This document shows, piece by piece, positions 1-11,189 of a DNA stretch of 32,204 nucleotides. Each line of letters starts with the position of its first letter. Within the stretch, counting starts at the first letter, position 1. The translations under genes were made by a program, and so were the position numbers. The notes beneath the pieces are model-generated. The model was not told the origin of the DNA. It saw only the letters and a program-made list of their open reading frames with translations, and ran no database searches. The stretch comes from Vicugna vicugna (taxonomy: Eukaryota), in contig MU057487.1 of NCBI GenBank assembly GCA_013265495.1, positions 1,208,060 to 1,240,263 on the forward strand. The letters are read 5' to 3'.

Positions 1-2
1 AC

Positions 3-138
3 CTTTTCCCTCTTGTGTCTTCATTGTGACTTAGTTGATACAAATTGCTTTCATTAGGGCATTAACGGGCTTCTGGCTGTAGTTTCGAATGGAAACTGTT
101 GCGGTAGTTCAGGACACAAGTGGTCAGGATGCTGCTAA
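3..138 (-). pseudogene. Fossil exon (136 nt)
   Basis: Acceptor cctttccttcctaatgttaatccacAG with a branch-like cctaat; donor aaag|GT at the window edge. Best frame SSILTTCVLNYRNSFHSKLQPEAR*CPNESNLYQLSHNEDTRGK has 1 stop. Confidence 0.55.
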
Positions 139-565
139 CTGTGGATTAACATTAGGAAGGAAAGGAAGCAGGCTTGTAAATAACTGCTTAAAGATTCTGT
201 CTGAATGGAAATTCTGGAACATTAAGAGATCCAAATCATAGATTACATGTCTTTCTAGCTTAAAATGAAATAATTAAAGATATTCTCGAACCTTTTCACT
301 GACATCATCTACATATTTTATGAAGGAAGCCTCAGTGTATACATATGTATATAATACATTTCTCTAATGTGCTCAAGTGAAGGTAAAGTTGGGAGAAAGG
401 GAAATGAAGTGTGCTACATGGGCTGAAGCATTTGCCAAACAGATCACAAGAGAACACCAAAGACTCTGAGACAGACTTTAAGGAATGAGAGGAGGGGAAA
501 AACAAACCGGCAATTTTTCAGAAAGAATAATGAGTACTTTAAAATCTCATCATCTCTTCCCCTAC

Positions 566-828
566 GGTGCCAGCTGACTGATGATGCAGATACCAAACTG
601 CTTTGGAGACAGTTCTCTTAGCGTGGCTCACAAGCGACGTAGAGGACAACATATATCTAGGATGCTTGGTAATTTGCTAATAATTTTGGAACTCAAATGT
701 GAGGAAATATTTCTTCAGTAATCTCAGTAACTCCACTCAAACCACAAAATAGAACAATAAATGCATTGAGCTCCTCCAACTCCATAATAACTTTGAATAT
801 AACCTCATTGTTCCAACCATGTCCTAGG
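566..828 (-). pseudogene. Fossil exon; 3' boundary uncertain
   Basis: Acceptor ttgttgtaatttacAG. Reads LGHGWNNEVIFKVIMELEELNAFIVLFCGLSGVTEITEEIFPH, in phase with the upstream exon, then an apparent frameshift to SSKIISKLPSILDICCPLRRL*ATLRELSPKQFGICIISQLA. Confidence 0.55.
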
Positions 829-915
829 CTGTAAATTACAACAATGAAGCTGAGAACATGGCATTTAGTAAGCACTTGGTAAATATCTTTCGAATGAATG
901 TATGGATGAACTAAC

Positions 916-1609
916 AGTTAAATAACTGGAGGTCTGGTTGTATTGTTGCAGAAAAGTGTGTTACAGCTCAGTGTTACAGCTCGGTGTTACAACTCAGTTG
1001 TGACAGCAACCTGGATCTGAGCGAGAGACCAAGCAGCACTCAGAGAGTTGGAGAACTCAGGTTTATTACCGCAGTGGGCCCCGAGGAGTTAACACTCCAA
1101 GCTCTGGACCCCATCTGTAGGTTTACACAGCCTTTTATAGGCTACCAGTCTAGACTTTGCAACATTTTGTAACATCATATGCAAATAAAGTATAACAAAG
1201 GTGACTAATTAGGAACAGGCTTTGTAGAAATGGACCAATCAGGAGTGAGGGAAATGGACCAATCAGGAGTGAGCTCGATGCAAATGAAGCACTACAAATA
1301 GACCAATCAGGAGTTAGCTCAGGGAACCAATAGAATCTTAGGGGTAAGTTCCACTTTCCTAGAAGTAAGCCGTTTCAGAGTTTAAAAAGCGAAATAATGC
1401 TGCAGGGCCAGGGAACCAAATGGTGCTGGCAGGAGGGTAGTTGCCCAGCCTGGGGGTCCTGCTGTCTTTTTCATGGGGCTTCCCATCTCAGTATGGCTGC
1501 ACAAATCCTGCCAGTGCAGGCTAAACAAAGCATAAAGGAGTTTGTATGTATCATGGATAATGGCAAATAATTTAAAGACTAGGTCCAAAGCAGATTAGGT
1601 TATAGAGTT
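916..1609 (-). pseudogene. Fossil exon (143 nt once the LTR and one TSD are removed), interrupted by a solo LTR
   Basis: Acceptor actctcccttacAG, donor ct|GTTAGT. Rejoined frame NSIT*SALDLVFKLFAIIHDTYKLLYALFSLHWQDLCSHTTRPPVI*L continues in phase into the 828 exon. Confidence 0.6.
944..1490 (-). mobile_element. Solo ERV LTR (ERV1-like), family A copy 1
   Basis: TG...CA termini; perfect 4-bp TSD GTAT (940-943 and 1491-1494); TATAAA and AATAAA on the - strand; 4 CCAAT boxes, 2 ATGCAAAT octamers; homologous to 14172-14730. Confidence 0.93.
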
Positions 1610-1718
1610 CTGTAAGGGAGAGTTCTTGATAAAAATATCAACAGCACATTAGGGAAACGCATTTGTTTACGTCTTATCTAGCAGACATTACCAAATTAGT
1701 GTCTGTTCTTGTGGTTAC

Positions 1719-1904
1719 CCTGTTTGATAGACCCTTTTTACGGAAGGATCAATGATTTCATCTTTAGAGAGAGAGGGATTTGCGATATTGCTATGGAATC
1801 TTTCTTCTGTCCATTCCAGTAACATTTCGAACTTCTCTGGACTAGTACACATTGATCATGGCATGGAAATATTTCCTTTTGTCAATTTATAGTGTGAATG
1901 GTAC
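1719..1904 (-). pseudogene. Fossil exon (186 nt, phase 2/2)
   Basis: Acceptor attttccaaattctAG, donor gg|GTAACC. Reads YHSHYKLTKGNISMP*SMCTSPEKFEMLLEWTEERFHSNIANPSLSKDEIIDPSVKRVYQT, with 1 stop in 61 codons. Confidence 0.7.
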
Positions 1905-2174
1905 CTAGAATTTGGAAAATATGCTATTCTACGTGAAAATTGAGGAACTTGCTTGAGAGCATGTAGAATATCTGGGACGGGCCAGAATTATGTGTCCCAT
2001 GGTTTTAATCTAACCCTTAGTTCTTTTGCTCAGAATAATGCTCTGCCTTAATCCTTTAATTCCTAGCAATAACGGCCCTTCTAATCTAAAAGTTTCCTCT
2101 CTGAAATTCTCTTTTCACAAGCTTCAATAATTATTTTGATTCCACTACTCCTCGAAAACAATGGTTTTGTTTCA

Positions 2175-2495
2175 AGCATCACAAAATCAAGTATCTACAG
2201 GGGCCAGGTAGGTAAAACACACAAATGAAGTGATGTGAGAAATGGTAAGTGACCCTGAGCCCCAGTTTCTGGGGGACACGGATGATGGGGATTGTGAGAA
2301 ACTGCAGATTCAAGCCCAATGTTGAGGCTCCAATTCTCCAAGAGAGACCAGAAATTCAGATTTGTGTATAAGGCTTTTAAATTTCATTGTGCTTATTTTG
2401 GTAACTAATTAAAATGTAAAACACTGTCCAGGCCAAAACCACAGGCCAAACCAATCATGTCTGTGGGCTGCGTCTAGCTAAAGGGACAGCTCAGT
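2175..2495 (+). mobile_element. MER102-like hAT DNA transposon relic
   Basis: Segments such as ctacaggggccaggtaggtaa, ccagaaattcagattt and aaaacactgtccaggccaaa resemble the MER102 consensus as I recall it. Confidence 0.7.
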
Positions 2496-2689
2496 TCCTT
2501 TTCATACTGCCAGATTGAGCTGCTGGGGGCTATTTTGCTCTCTGTTTGGACTGGCTTCTAGTATATCAGCCCTCGATCACACGAAAGAAAGCACAGGAGT
2601 GTTTTCAGAAATGCCAGCATAGATGGAATTGCACAGCCTCCCAGGATGGCTACTCGGGAGGACAACGCGTTTGGGGTGGAGAGGTGGTG

Positions 2690-2900
2690 GTGCATGCTAG
2701 CTGAGGTCGGAAGCTCTGGGTCCCATTTGCCTGGGCTCTTTCACTTACCAGCGATGTAACCTTGGGCAAGGGATATAATTTCTTCCTTTCTTCTTCAGTT
2801 TCTCACCTGTAAAATGAAAATAATTACAGTTGTCATGACAGTTACATGAATACACACACACAGTACTTAGTAAGTGAGTGCTGTCTAATTATTTGCTATT
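2690..2900 (+). mobile_element. MIR SINE
   Basis: MIR core cacttaccagcgatgtaaccttgggcaag...cagtttctcacctgtaaaatg and an A/T-rich tail. Confidence 0.8.
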
Positions 2901-2949
2901 ATTTATTATTCACAAATCATACCAGTGTTGAAAAAGAGCAAAATTTTAC

Positions 2950-3105
2950 ATGGCTGTGTCACATTAGACAGCTACTGATTCCTTAAGTGGCCTCAGAAAG
3001 CTTTCTTCCTCAGACGGGGCAGGTGCAAGAATCAGGCTGCTTGTGGTAAAGTCCCACTGTTTTGTCCTTAACACCAGATGCCATCACTTCGTGGAAATGT
3101 CATAA
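2950..3105 (-). pseudogene. Fossil exon (156 nt, phase 2/2)
   Basis: Acceptor ttcctttcattgaaatatgcAG, donor at|GTAAAA. Reads YDISTK*WHLVLRTKQWDFTTSSLILAPAPSEEESFLRPLKESVAV*CDTA; phases match both neighbouring exons. Confidence 0.55.
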
Positions 3106-3546
3106 CTGCATATTTCAATGAAAGGAATATACAAGCAAATTTTTGAAACACTAAAAATACTAGCAGTTAATAATATGTTAAGCTATCTTTTCATTTTTCC
3201 CTTTTCTGGAGATCTTCCATTTTAAAGTCAGGGACATCCTGTTCCAGGGTTGAAAGTCAGAAAAATCAAAGGACCTTTATTTTCCTCTTTTACAGGTTGT
3301 TGAAGCATGAAACATACTGACAAGTGCTTGAGCTAGATATAAGTTACCATGCGATTTCACCCAAGATTGTTTTCACATTCAATGATTCTAAAGGTTTTAA
3401 TTTTTTAAAAGGTACCCTAAAGGTTTTGAATGTCTAGAAATAGAGAATATAGAAGGTCATATGACATCTATTTTACAGAAATAATCATATGTTTGTGAGC
3501 AGTAAATGGTGACACTATTTTCTGTGGCACAAGCATACTTGCTCAC

Positions 3547-4335
3547 CAGTGAAATTCAAGATACATTCTGCCGTTTAAGGATTCTGTTACCTCAAGAGGT
3601 AAAGACCCCAGCTCTTGTCATACCCGAAAGATAAGTTTCCAGTCAGGAGATTGTGCACTGTGTACCGAAAGATTTTAAAAGATTTATTTAAAAAAGGAAA
3701 AGTACACCCCCCAAAATGGGAGGCAGGCCCATCCAAGGGAGGAAAAGTGGCAGTTTTTGTCTCCTCTCTCTCTCTGTCCCCACATAGAAGTGGTCTCCAG
3801 ATTGATTGATGGCTCTTGTCCCTGGAATGCTTAGTCACGTATGGCCCCTTTGCGCGTGTCCTTACCCCCGGTGGACACAGAAGAACCCAGGGCAGGGAGT
3901 GCCTAAACCACAATGTTAATTATAATACAATGAACACTGGGTTGTGTCCAGTTAAGTCCTTTCTCAGTTCATAGTCATGACTGTCGGGTGCTGACCGGTT
4001 TCTCCCTAGCACTCATTTAGAGGAGGTAAAGCCCCTTTATGCTGGAGGTGGGCATAACACCATCTTCCGGACCCTCCTCCCTCTCCTCCACTTATCTGCC
4101 CATTGCCCTCAATTATCTAACTACCTGACAATTCCACAACTTCCTTTTTTATTTCCTGTATTCCTACAAATAAATTTAAATTGTCAGGCCCACCATGCTT
4201 TCATTCTATCAAATTCTTTCTTCCCAAGGCAGGAGAAGACAGTTGTGAGTTCTCAAAAGTAATGTTGGTTGAATTTTTTAAGATTGAGGACATCTACTTC
4301 CATTCCAATCTTGTCAAGTGCTGCTAGGCAGTGGC
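3547..4335 (-). pseudogene. Fossil exon interrupted by a solo LTR; acceptor at 4335 or 4323
   Basis: After removing the LTR and one TSD, a single frame reads HCLAALDKIGMEVDVLNLKNSTNITFENSQLSSPALGRKNLIE*KHGGPDNLNLFVGIQEIKKEVVESLNGRMYLEFH with 1 stop. Donor tg|GTGAGC, phase 2. Confidence 0.7.
3585..4130 (-). mobile_element. Solo ERV LTR (ERV1-like), family B
   Basis: - strand TGTCAGG...GGTAACA termini; perfect 4-bp TSD ATTC (3581-3584 and 4131-4134); AATAAA at 3683-3688 on the - strand. Confidence 0.9.
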
Positions 4336-5493
4336 CTTATGCTCATATGAAACACAGCCCAGGAGCCAAGAAAAGCAGAAGTGCAGAAGCACAGATTCAC
4401 ATAAGATGGGAAGGCACCTTAGAAATAATGGACTCCACACACCACCTCACTCTCCATTTAACAATGAAGGACCAATGCTCAAAGAGAGAAGTGATTTACA
4501 AATGTGCAACTGAATATACAGCAGCCAGAGGCCAAGCCTAATATTGCCAATTGATTAAAATACTTTTGCCAAGTTGATTAAAATTATTAAAAGATTAATA
4601 TACTACAATACAACTGAGTCTATAAGCTTCTAGAAGTGTATTAAAATTAGAGATGCACAACTTGTGACATCAATTGTTTTTCCTTTCATAACAATTTCAA
4701 AATTCTCGGTGTTTCTCAAATACAGTACAACCACTATTTTCCACGAGCATTATTCAGAACAAACCTGGCACTCTATGTACTATGTGGGTGAATTGGGGCT
4801 TTTTATCTGAGATTCTATTTTAAGATCAAAAAAAGAAAAACCTGTCTTAATTTAAAACAGTAATGACTGGTAAATCCCCAAGGATGCATGCCCAATATGT
4901 AATTAAAAAGGAGCTAGTTCTCGTTTTCTGAAAATGAATATGACTTTGTTTTTGTATTCTTATTGTGGTAAAATATCTCTGCTTATTACATTAGTTCATT
5001 ATTATTATTGCCACGTTAAACTGGAGCTGTTTTCTCAATGACAGCTATTCCTTTTAGTCAACTAGATACTCAACACTCTACTACCCAGGATATTTACATT
5101 TTACAGGCAATGAGTGTGTGCAGAACAACAGTCAAAATAAATTTAACAATGGTCTAGAGAAGTGAAGAAAGTTAAAATTATCCTTCTGAACTACTGCCAC
5201 CAGTCCATTTAAGAAAGGGAATAACTAGTGTTTATTATGCACAAAGTTTTCATCACTTCTTCCATGCAGTTCTTACACATTGTCATATAAATCTATATAT
5301 AGCCATATCCAATATAGTCCTATATTTTATTCACCATTATATTAGGACATAGGTTGAGTTTCAATCATGACTTTCTGCAAATATTTGCGAAAAGATCTTA
5401 AATAAACTAGGTAGGGCTGAGTAAACATTTCCTCGATTTGTACTGGATTGGTTCTACAGTGATTCAGTAAAACCTTAATTTAAAAGTGCTTAC

Positions 5494-5543
5494 ATCTAAA
5501 ATTTTATTGGGAAATGATGGGCAGAGACGTTCCATCTGATTGG
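5494..5543 (-). pseudogene. Fossil exon candidate (50 nt)
   Basis: Acceptor aattcctctaaatgtcAG, donor gat|GTAAGC; open frame NQMERLCPSFPNKILD. Confidence 0.45.
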
Positions 5544-5990
5544 CTGACATTTAGAGGAATTAAGATCAATAATAACCCACCTACCAGGAGACAAATGCAA
5601 GGAACCAGATCCTTCTGTATGTGGAGTGTTACATGATTGCTGGGAAACTGTACATCTGGGACCACATTTCTGCACCTGGTCAGCTTCACACTTCCTATCA
5701 GTTATCTCTTTCTCCAAAGTTCTTTCCGGATCAAAGATCAAAGTTCATGTTTACTTCTACATTTAACATTCTGTGGGCCCTTATTTTGTGCCAGGAATTG
5801 TGCTAAATTCTTTACAATCCTATTTGCTTGTATAATTATGAAATCTCATTTCATAGTTAAGAAAACTAAGAGCCTGTTCCCTTAATAACAGTAGCATATG
5901 ATTGGAAGCGTCTTTTTTTCCTTTTTGGTAAATATTTTATTATCCTTTTACATTTGGTTGCAATTCTTTTGCTTTTGCTAAAAACATTAC

Positions 5991-6195
5991 CTAGGTGAAT
6001 ATACATAAGTACATGCTACCATATTGCAGATAAATAATTTAATATGTCTCTCTTAGGGTCCAAATGTAGATATTTGTATCTTTCTGGGAACATGAAGCAT
6101 CATTTCTTATGCAGACAAAATTAGTGATGAGCAATGTAGTATCTTTGGACTGAGAAGTCATTAAGTCATTCCACTCAATCCTAGCCAGTACTCCT
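5991..6195 (-). pseudogene. Fossil exon (205 nt, frameshifted)
   Basis: Acceptor attctgcaacAG, donor ag|GTAATG. The 3' part reads CFMFPERYKYLHLDPKRDILNYLSAIW*HVLMYIHL and ends in phase 1, matching the 5543 exon. Confidence 0.55.
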
Positions 6196-6483
6196 CTGTT
6201 GCAGAATATTAATAAGATCTTGTTGTCTATAAACCCTTTGTTGTTTTTGTTACCTATAAACTTGAAATTTAACATTTTCAAAGTGAACTTTTGATTACCA
6301 ACTCCAAGGTAAGTAGGAGATTATGATCCTTACTTTAAAGCCAAGATAACTGAAGGGAGGGGAACGCCAGTCAATGAAACTACCCAAGTTTATATAGTTA
6401 AATGATGGCAGAGTTTTGCCTAGAACCTTCTGATGACTCGTTTGATGTTTTTCTAGTAGAATGTCCCTCAAATAACACTTAAC

Positions 6484-6537
6484 CTTCTGGTCATTCAGTC
6501 TTTATAGCTCACGAATTGTATGAACTTGGTAATTTTT
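6484..6537 (-). pseudogene. Fossil exon candidate (54 nt) with a non-canonical (GG) acceptor
   Basis: Acceptor ttatttatttctGG, donor aag|GTTAAG; KNYQVHTIREL*RLNDQK. Confidence 0.35.
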
Positions 6538-6701
6538 CCAGAAATAAATAACTTTATATGGAATACAAAATTTAGCAGAAAGAAAAAAGACATGGAAATA
6601 CAAAAAAAGAGATACAATAAATTCCTACCCACATCATAAACAGTCATAAAAAATTTCCTGGAATATTGGATTTGAGTCCTCAAAAAATTTGTAAGACTGA
6701 C

Positions 6702-7402
6702 CTTCAGAAGACTAATTCTTTATAATTTGTCTAATTTATAATTTGTCAAAGAGCAGCATTCAAAAAACAAAACACCTTTACAGCTACTTGCTTTTGTTAT
6801 TCCATGCTATCTGGAGAAAGAATTGATTTGTGTATGGCCACTAGTTTTTGGTCATTGTCATTCTAGACTGAACAACCATAAGAAAATCTTAGTCAAAAGT
6901 GACATCAATTTCAGTTATTTTTAATTTTTCAAAGTGAATGTGTGTAAAAGTAAGAACATCATCACAGTTCCTATGGAGTTACTTCATTAATTAGTGTCAC
7001 TTGGGTTTTTATATTTATTATAAATTCATATAGTTAAAAATCAAGTCAAAGTACTATGAGAACATGGTTCTTTTCTCTGTCATTTACTGAGACTTTCTGT
7101 AAATGTCATTTACAAAGAATTCTGAATGAATGAATCCAAGCTCAGATTCTTCAGACAGCTGTTCTGTTGCTTGGTCAAGTTCTGTTCCATTTCTCTCTAA
7201 GCATCAATTCTGTTCTCTCTGAAGACCTGCTTTCTCTGCTTACCCATTATCCCTGTTTTTCCATATTCTGTCTGTGGTTTTTGTATCTGTTAGCTTTTCC
7301 CTTTCTAAGGCATGGACTCTGGCCCTAAATTTTCATGTTTTACAAGTCTAGCACCCATATTAACCAGCCATAATTTTGCCTCTTAATTCAAAATTTTAGT
7401 AG
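6702..7402 (-). pseudogene. Large fossil exon (~700 nt, several frameshifts)
   Basis: Acceptor atatatttgttacAG, donor aag|GTCAGT; purine-rich on the - strand. Peptides TKILN*EAKLWLVNMGARLVKHENL, TELDQATEQLSEESELGFIHSEFFVNDIY, THIHFEKLKITEIDVTF and DQKLVAIHKSILSPDSME*QKQVAVKVFCFL. Confidence 0.6.
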
Positions 7403-7559
7403 CTGTAACAAATATATTCAGCCCAGTCTTTGAGCATGTTTCAATCAGATATGATAAACAGGGTGAAGACTCGTATATAAATAGTGCCACTACAGCCCAC
7501 CGAAAAGAGAACAGCCAAGCAAACACCTAAAACATGTCTACTGTCAATATATATTTATA

Positions 7560-8570
7560 GAACATTATCCTAGCTGCTACAATAAAGGAGAACACAGGGT
7601 GTTATGAATGGACATGGAACGTGCACTTAAACTAGACCAGGAAGCATCATGGAAAGTTCCTAGAGGAGGTAATATACAAGCTGAGATTTGAAGGATGAAC
7701 AGATAGTAAGAGCTAGGGAATGACAATGAAGTTGTGTGTATAAAGCACTGGAATCAACATGCACAAAAATAAGAAGTATGAAAAGGTTTGGCATCTTAAA
7801 AGAATTGTAGATATTGCAACATGAATAAAGAAAGCACAGGGTTTGAAGGGGAGAATCATAAGAGATCAATCTGAAGAGTTTGATAGGGACTAGATTACAG
7901 AGTATTAGTCAGGCTCACTAAGAGATGTGATTTTATCCTAGAGGCAATAATAACTCTTCAAGGAATTTTTAGGAAAGTTATGATATGGTAATACTAATAA
8001 TAGTGTTAACAACAGTTAATTTTTCTTGAAAAACTTTTTAAATTTAAAAAGATTTTTAAATTACTGCTGTATTTCAGGAACCATGCTAAATGCATGGCAT
8101 GTATTACCTCAGCTAATTTTCACAAGAACTCCATAAGGTCGATACTATTAGTATCCCTATTTTCCAGATGAGATCATTGAGCTAGTAATAGAACCATAGC
8201 CAAGAATGAACTTGAAGGGAGCAAGATTTGAAACAGAAAAATTGGTTATCAGGTTGGTGCATTAGTCCCAGCCTGGGATGACTTGGACATCATCTAAAAC
8301 AATAGACAAGAGAATAAAGAAGAAAGGGTAGGCAAGCAATAAAGGATTCAGAACCAAGCTGTTGTTCTGATTCGATATGAGCAAAAGGGAAAGGAAGTAG
8401 CCAATAATAACTCCACGTGTAATGGATTGGTCATCTGGGATGACAACAATACCAGAAAGGAGAAGTAAACTTGAAGAGAAATATATTAGATTTCAGACAT
8501 CTGTGAGATTACAAAGGTGGAAATACTCTAGTGAGCAGCTGGATATATGAGTAGGGTACTCAAGAGAGGC
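7560..8570 (-). mobile_element. L2 fragments with a nested MIR (~8010-8190)
   Basis: L2-like antisense motifs (gctgagatttgaaggatgaa, gagcagctggatatatgag) and the antisense MIR core (tactattagtatccctattttccagatgag). Confidence 0.7.
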
Positions 8571-8599
8571 GCGCAAAAAGAGGTAATTGCTCAAACCAT

Positions 8600-8930
8600 T
8601 GGAAGGTATTTCTCACCACATGAAATTCTAGGATGGGTATTTCAAGCTGGTAGGTGGCTCTCCCTCATGCAATTATTCGGGGACCCAGGCTGATAGTAGC
8701 TTTTCCATGTTCAACAGGTGGTTTCTTCTAGTCTCTCTGCTTGGAGAAAAGAGTGGAAGTTTAAGGCCAGAGATTTCCTCTTAGGCAAGTGAGGAGGAAG
8801 TTGCATAGCTCACTTCTAATCATATTCCCCAAGCTAGAACCACCACATGTCCACACCTACTGCAACAGGGCTAGGAAATGCAATCTCTAGCTTACTTGAC
8901 ACAAAGCAGCTAAAATTCTATTATTATGGA
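8600..8930. mobile_element. MaLR (MLT1-type) LTR relic
   Basis: ggggacccaggctga...ctcacttctaatcatattcc...cacatgtccacacctactgcaacagggctaggaaatgcaatc resembles MLT1. Confidence 0.6.
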
Positions 8931-9138
8931 AGAAGGAACAGCTATAGAAGAGTAGATGGAGAGTTTAGAGCCATGGAAGTAATTAGATTACCTTGGAAGA
9001 ATGTTTAAAGTAAGAAGAAAAGAAGGTCAAGAATGGGATGGACATATTAATAGTCCTTTTCAGTCTACATGACAGTCATCAGGGAAATTTCCTTCTCTTT
9101 CTGTAAATTTTGAATCATATTTCTTATCTTATCCTCAC

Positions 9139-9288
9139 TCCCTTTTGTAGCATTTGGTAACCTGACTCTTGATTATCTATTTCATAACATAAAATATCAT
9201 GGTAAGAAATGACCCCATTTCCAGCTACAATTCCATGGTTATCACATCACCACCAAGAGCATGCTGTAGTCTCAGCCTTCTGCTTTGT
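9139..9288 (-). pseudogene. Fossil exon (150 nt), ankyrin-like
   Basis: Acceptor gatcttctttgcAG, donor gga|GTGAGG. Contains LQHALGGDVITMEL*LEMGS, resembling an ankyrin helix pair. Confidence 0.6.
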
Positions 9289-9384
9289 CTGCAAAGAAGA
9301 TCATCCAAAGCACACAGAGAGCATTTTATAAAACCTTTGTATAACAGATAATGTGTAGGACAATTAATATGTTAGCTAAACTGG

Positions 9385-9610
9385 GGTTAAAGGGGTTTGA
9401 AGGGGATGAATGACAGTCTAATATTAATAAGATAAAATTTCACAGGAATGCATACAGTATAGTTCCGAAAAACTAAGTTCATAAGAGGGAGGAGACCTTG
9501 TTCAACAACAGTTAATATGGAGACCTCAAGCTCTGTTTGACTGCAACATCAATATGCAGGAACACTGTGATACGGCTGCTAAAAAAGGAATGCAATCTTA
9601 GGCTTTAGTA
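9385..9610 (+). mobile_element. L3/CR1 LINE relic
   Basis: aagataaaatttcacaggaatgc...gtgatacggctgctaaaaaaggaatgcaatcttaggc resembles the CR1/L3 ORF2 3' region. Confidence 0.65.
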
Positions 9611-9842
9611 GTAGGTTTGACACACACAACAAAAAAATGTTGGTGCACAGAACACTTTACACTGAACTGTTGGGAGCACCATGCTAGCATTTACAACTTA
9701 CAGTTACCTTGAATGCTTCCCCTCCTTTCCCCTCACATGCAACTAATATCTTGTCCCATCTATTTCTACTCTTTAAATATTTTGTGACCATTGTGGTGTT
9801 GAATTGGAATTGGAGACATGAATATGAACTCATATATGTGTG

Positions 9843-9879
<37 letters not shown>

Positions 9880-10052
9880 ATATATAGTGTTCCTGCATAT
9901 TGATGTTGTGGTCAAATAGAGCTTGACGTCTTCATATTAACTGCTGTTGAGCAAGGTCTCCTCCCTCTTTTCTCATGAACTTAGTTTTTTGGAACTATAC
10001 TGTATGCATTACTGTGAAATTTTATCTTATTAATATTAGACCATCATTCATC
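9405..10052. repeat. Inverted duplication: arms 9405-9566 and 9886-10052, 319-bp spacer
   Basis: The reverse complement of 9886-10052 matches 9405-9566 with 11 substitutions and one 5-nt indel (hand count). Confidence 0.95.
9832..9886. repeat. (TG)n/(TA)n microsatellite
   Basis: Directly visible. Confidence 0.95.
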
Positions 10053-10227
10053 TTCTAGCTTTATGCTCAGACATGGGAGGCAGGGCTCCTGGTGATGGGC
10101 CATTATGTATACTTTAAGCTATAGCCAACTGTCTTTAATGATTAACTTGTAGCAAAAGCAATAGAATACAATGGTTAAAGTAAAAGAAACATCCAATATG
10201 GAGTCAGATTTGTTCTTCCTTATTACA
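10053..10227 (-). mobile_element. 3'-truncated ERV1-type LTR
   Basis: The - strand begins TGTAATAAGGAAGAACAAATCTGACTCCATATTGG, an LTR-like start, and stops abruptly at the inverted-repeat arm. Confidence 0.7.
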
Positions 10228-10393
10228 GACAGAAGGAAAGAACAAATGCTAAAGCAAATAGGGTAAAATGTTAAGGAATGCTGAATCTGCGTAGAGGATA
10301 TAATAGAGTTCTTTGAAATGTTTTTGCAACTTTTATGTAAGCAAGGAATTATATTAAAATTAGAAGCTAAGAAGAGGAACTTCTGAATCTGAC

Positions 10394-10462
10394 CCAAGTA
10401 ATTAGCAAGAGATCGTTTCCTGAATCTAATCAATTTTTTCAATGCAATCTAGAAGATTCCAC
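10394..10462 (-). pseudogene. Fossil exon (69 nt, phase 1/1)
   Basis: Strong acceptor ccacttcttttctttgtaaattgcAG, donor gg|GTCAGA; GIF*IALKKLIRFRKRSLANYL. Confidence 0.55.
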
Positions 10463-10879
10463 CTGCAATTTACAAAGAAAAGAAGTGGAAAAGTGTATAA
10501 AGTCTCTTGTTTACATTAACCCTGTTGTTCAATATGCCTTATGTTTTATCATGCACTGGGGAAATCATATCACCTTCCAGCAATCACCAGGTAGTCAGCT
10601 TTCAATAACAGAATTTCAAAGACAAAGGAAAACACAAAGTTAGATCTAACAGACTACGTTTTTGGATACTAAGTGTGATCTCAAGTAATCTAAAAATATG
10701 CCATAGGTGTCACATCTGGGGCAGTTTCATCCTTAGGTTATATCTGCCATACCTAACATTGAATGCTAAGAAGAGAATTCTCAGCAGAGTGCTCTAGACT
10801 TAGAGTTATAATTCAACTTCAGCAGTCACTAGATGAATTTTGAAAGATACCAGTTATATATCTAGTAGAGTTATATTCC

Positions 10880-11030
10880 TAACAAGAACCCTATACATAA
10901 AATACTATTATCCTAGTTTTAGAAATAAAGAAACTAAAGCAAAGAGATGTTGAGTAACTTTCCCAAGTTCACACAGCCTGTAAGAACTCAAGCTGGCACT
11001 TGAATCCTGCAATACCACCAAAGATAGCTC
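10880..11030 (-). mobile_element. MIR SINE
   Basis: gaaactaaagcaaagagatgttgagtaactttcccaagttcacacagc is the antisense MIR core. Confidence 0.75.
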
Positions 11031-11189
11031 TCTCTCTCTCTTCTCTCCGCTGTGATGTGAATGACATAAAGACCCTAAAGACACACATTTTCTAAGAGAG
11101 ACTTTGCTCAGGCATGGTAGGTAGAAGAAATGCTACATAGAGTCAGTATAGCTATCCTCTTATGGAGGGGTGTCCAAAAATGTTATTCA

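Noticed and set aside
3587..3913. 108-aa ORF and overlapping 64-aa ORF
   Set aside because: Both lie wholly inside a solo LTR and show no gag, pol or env features.
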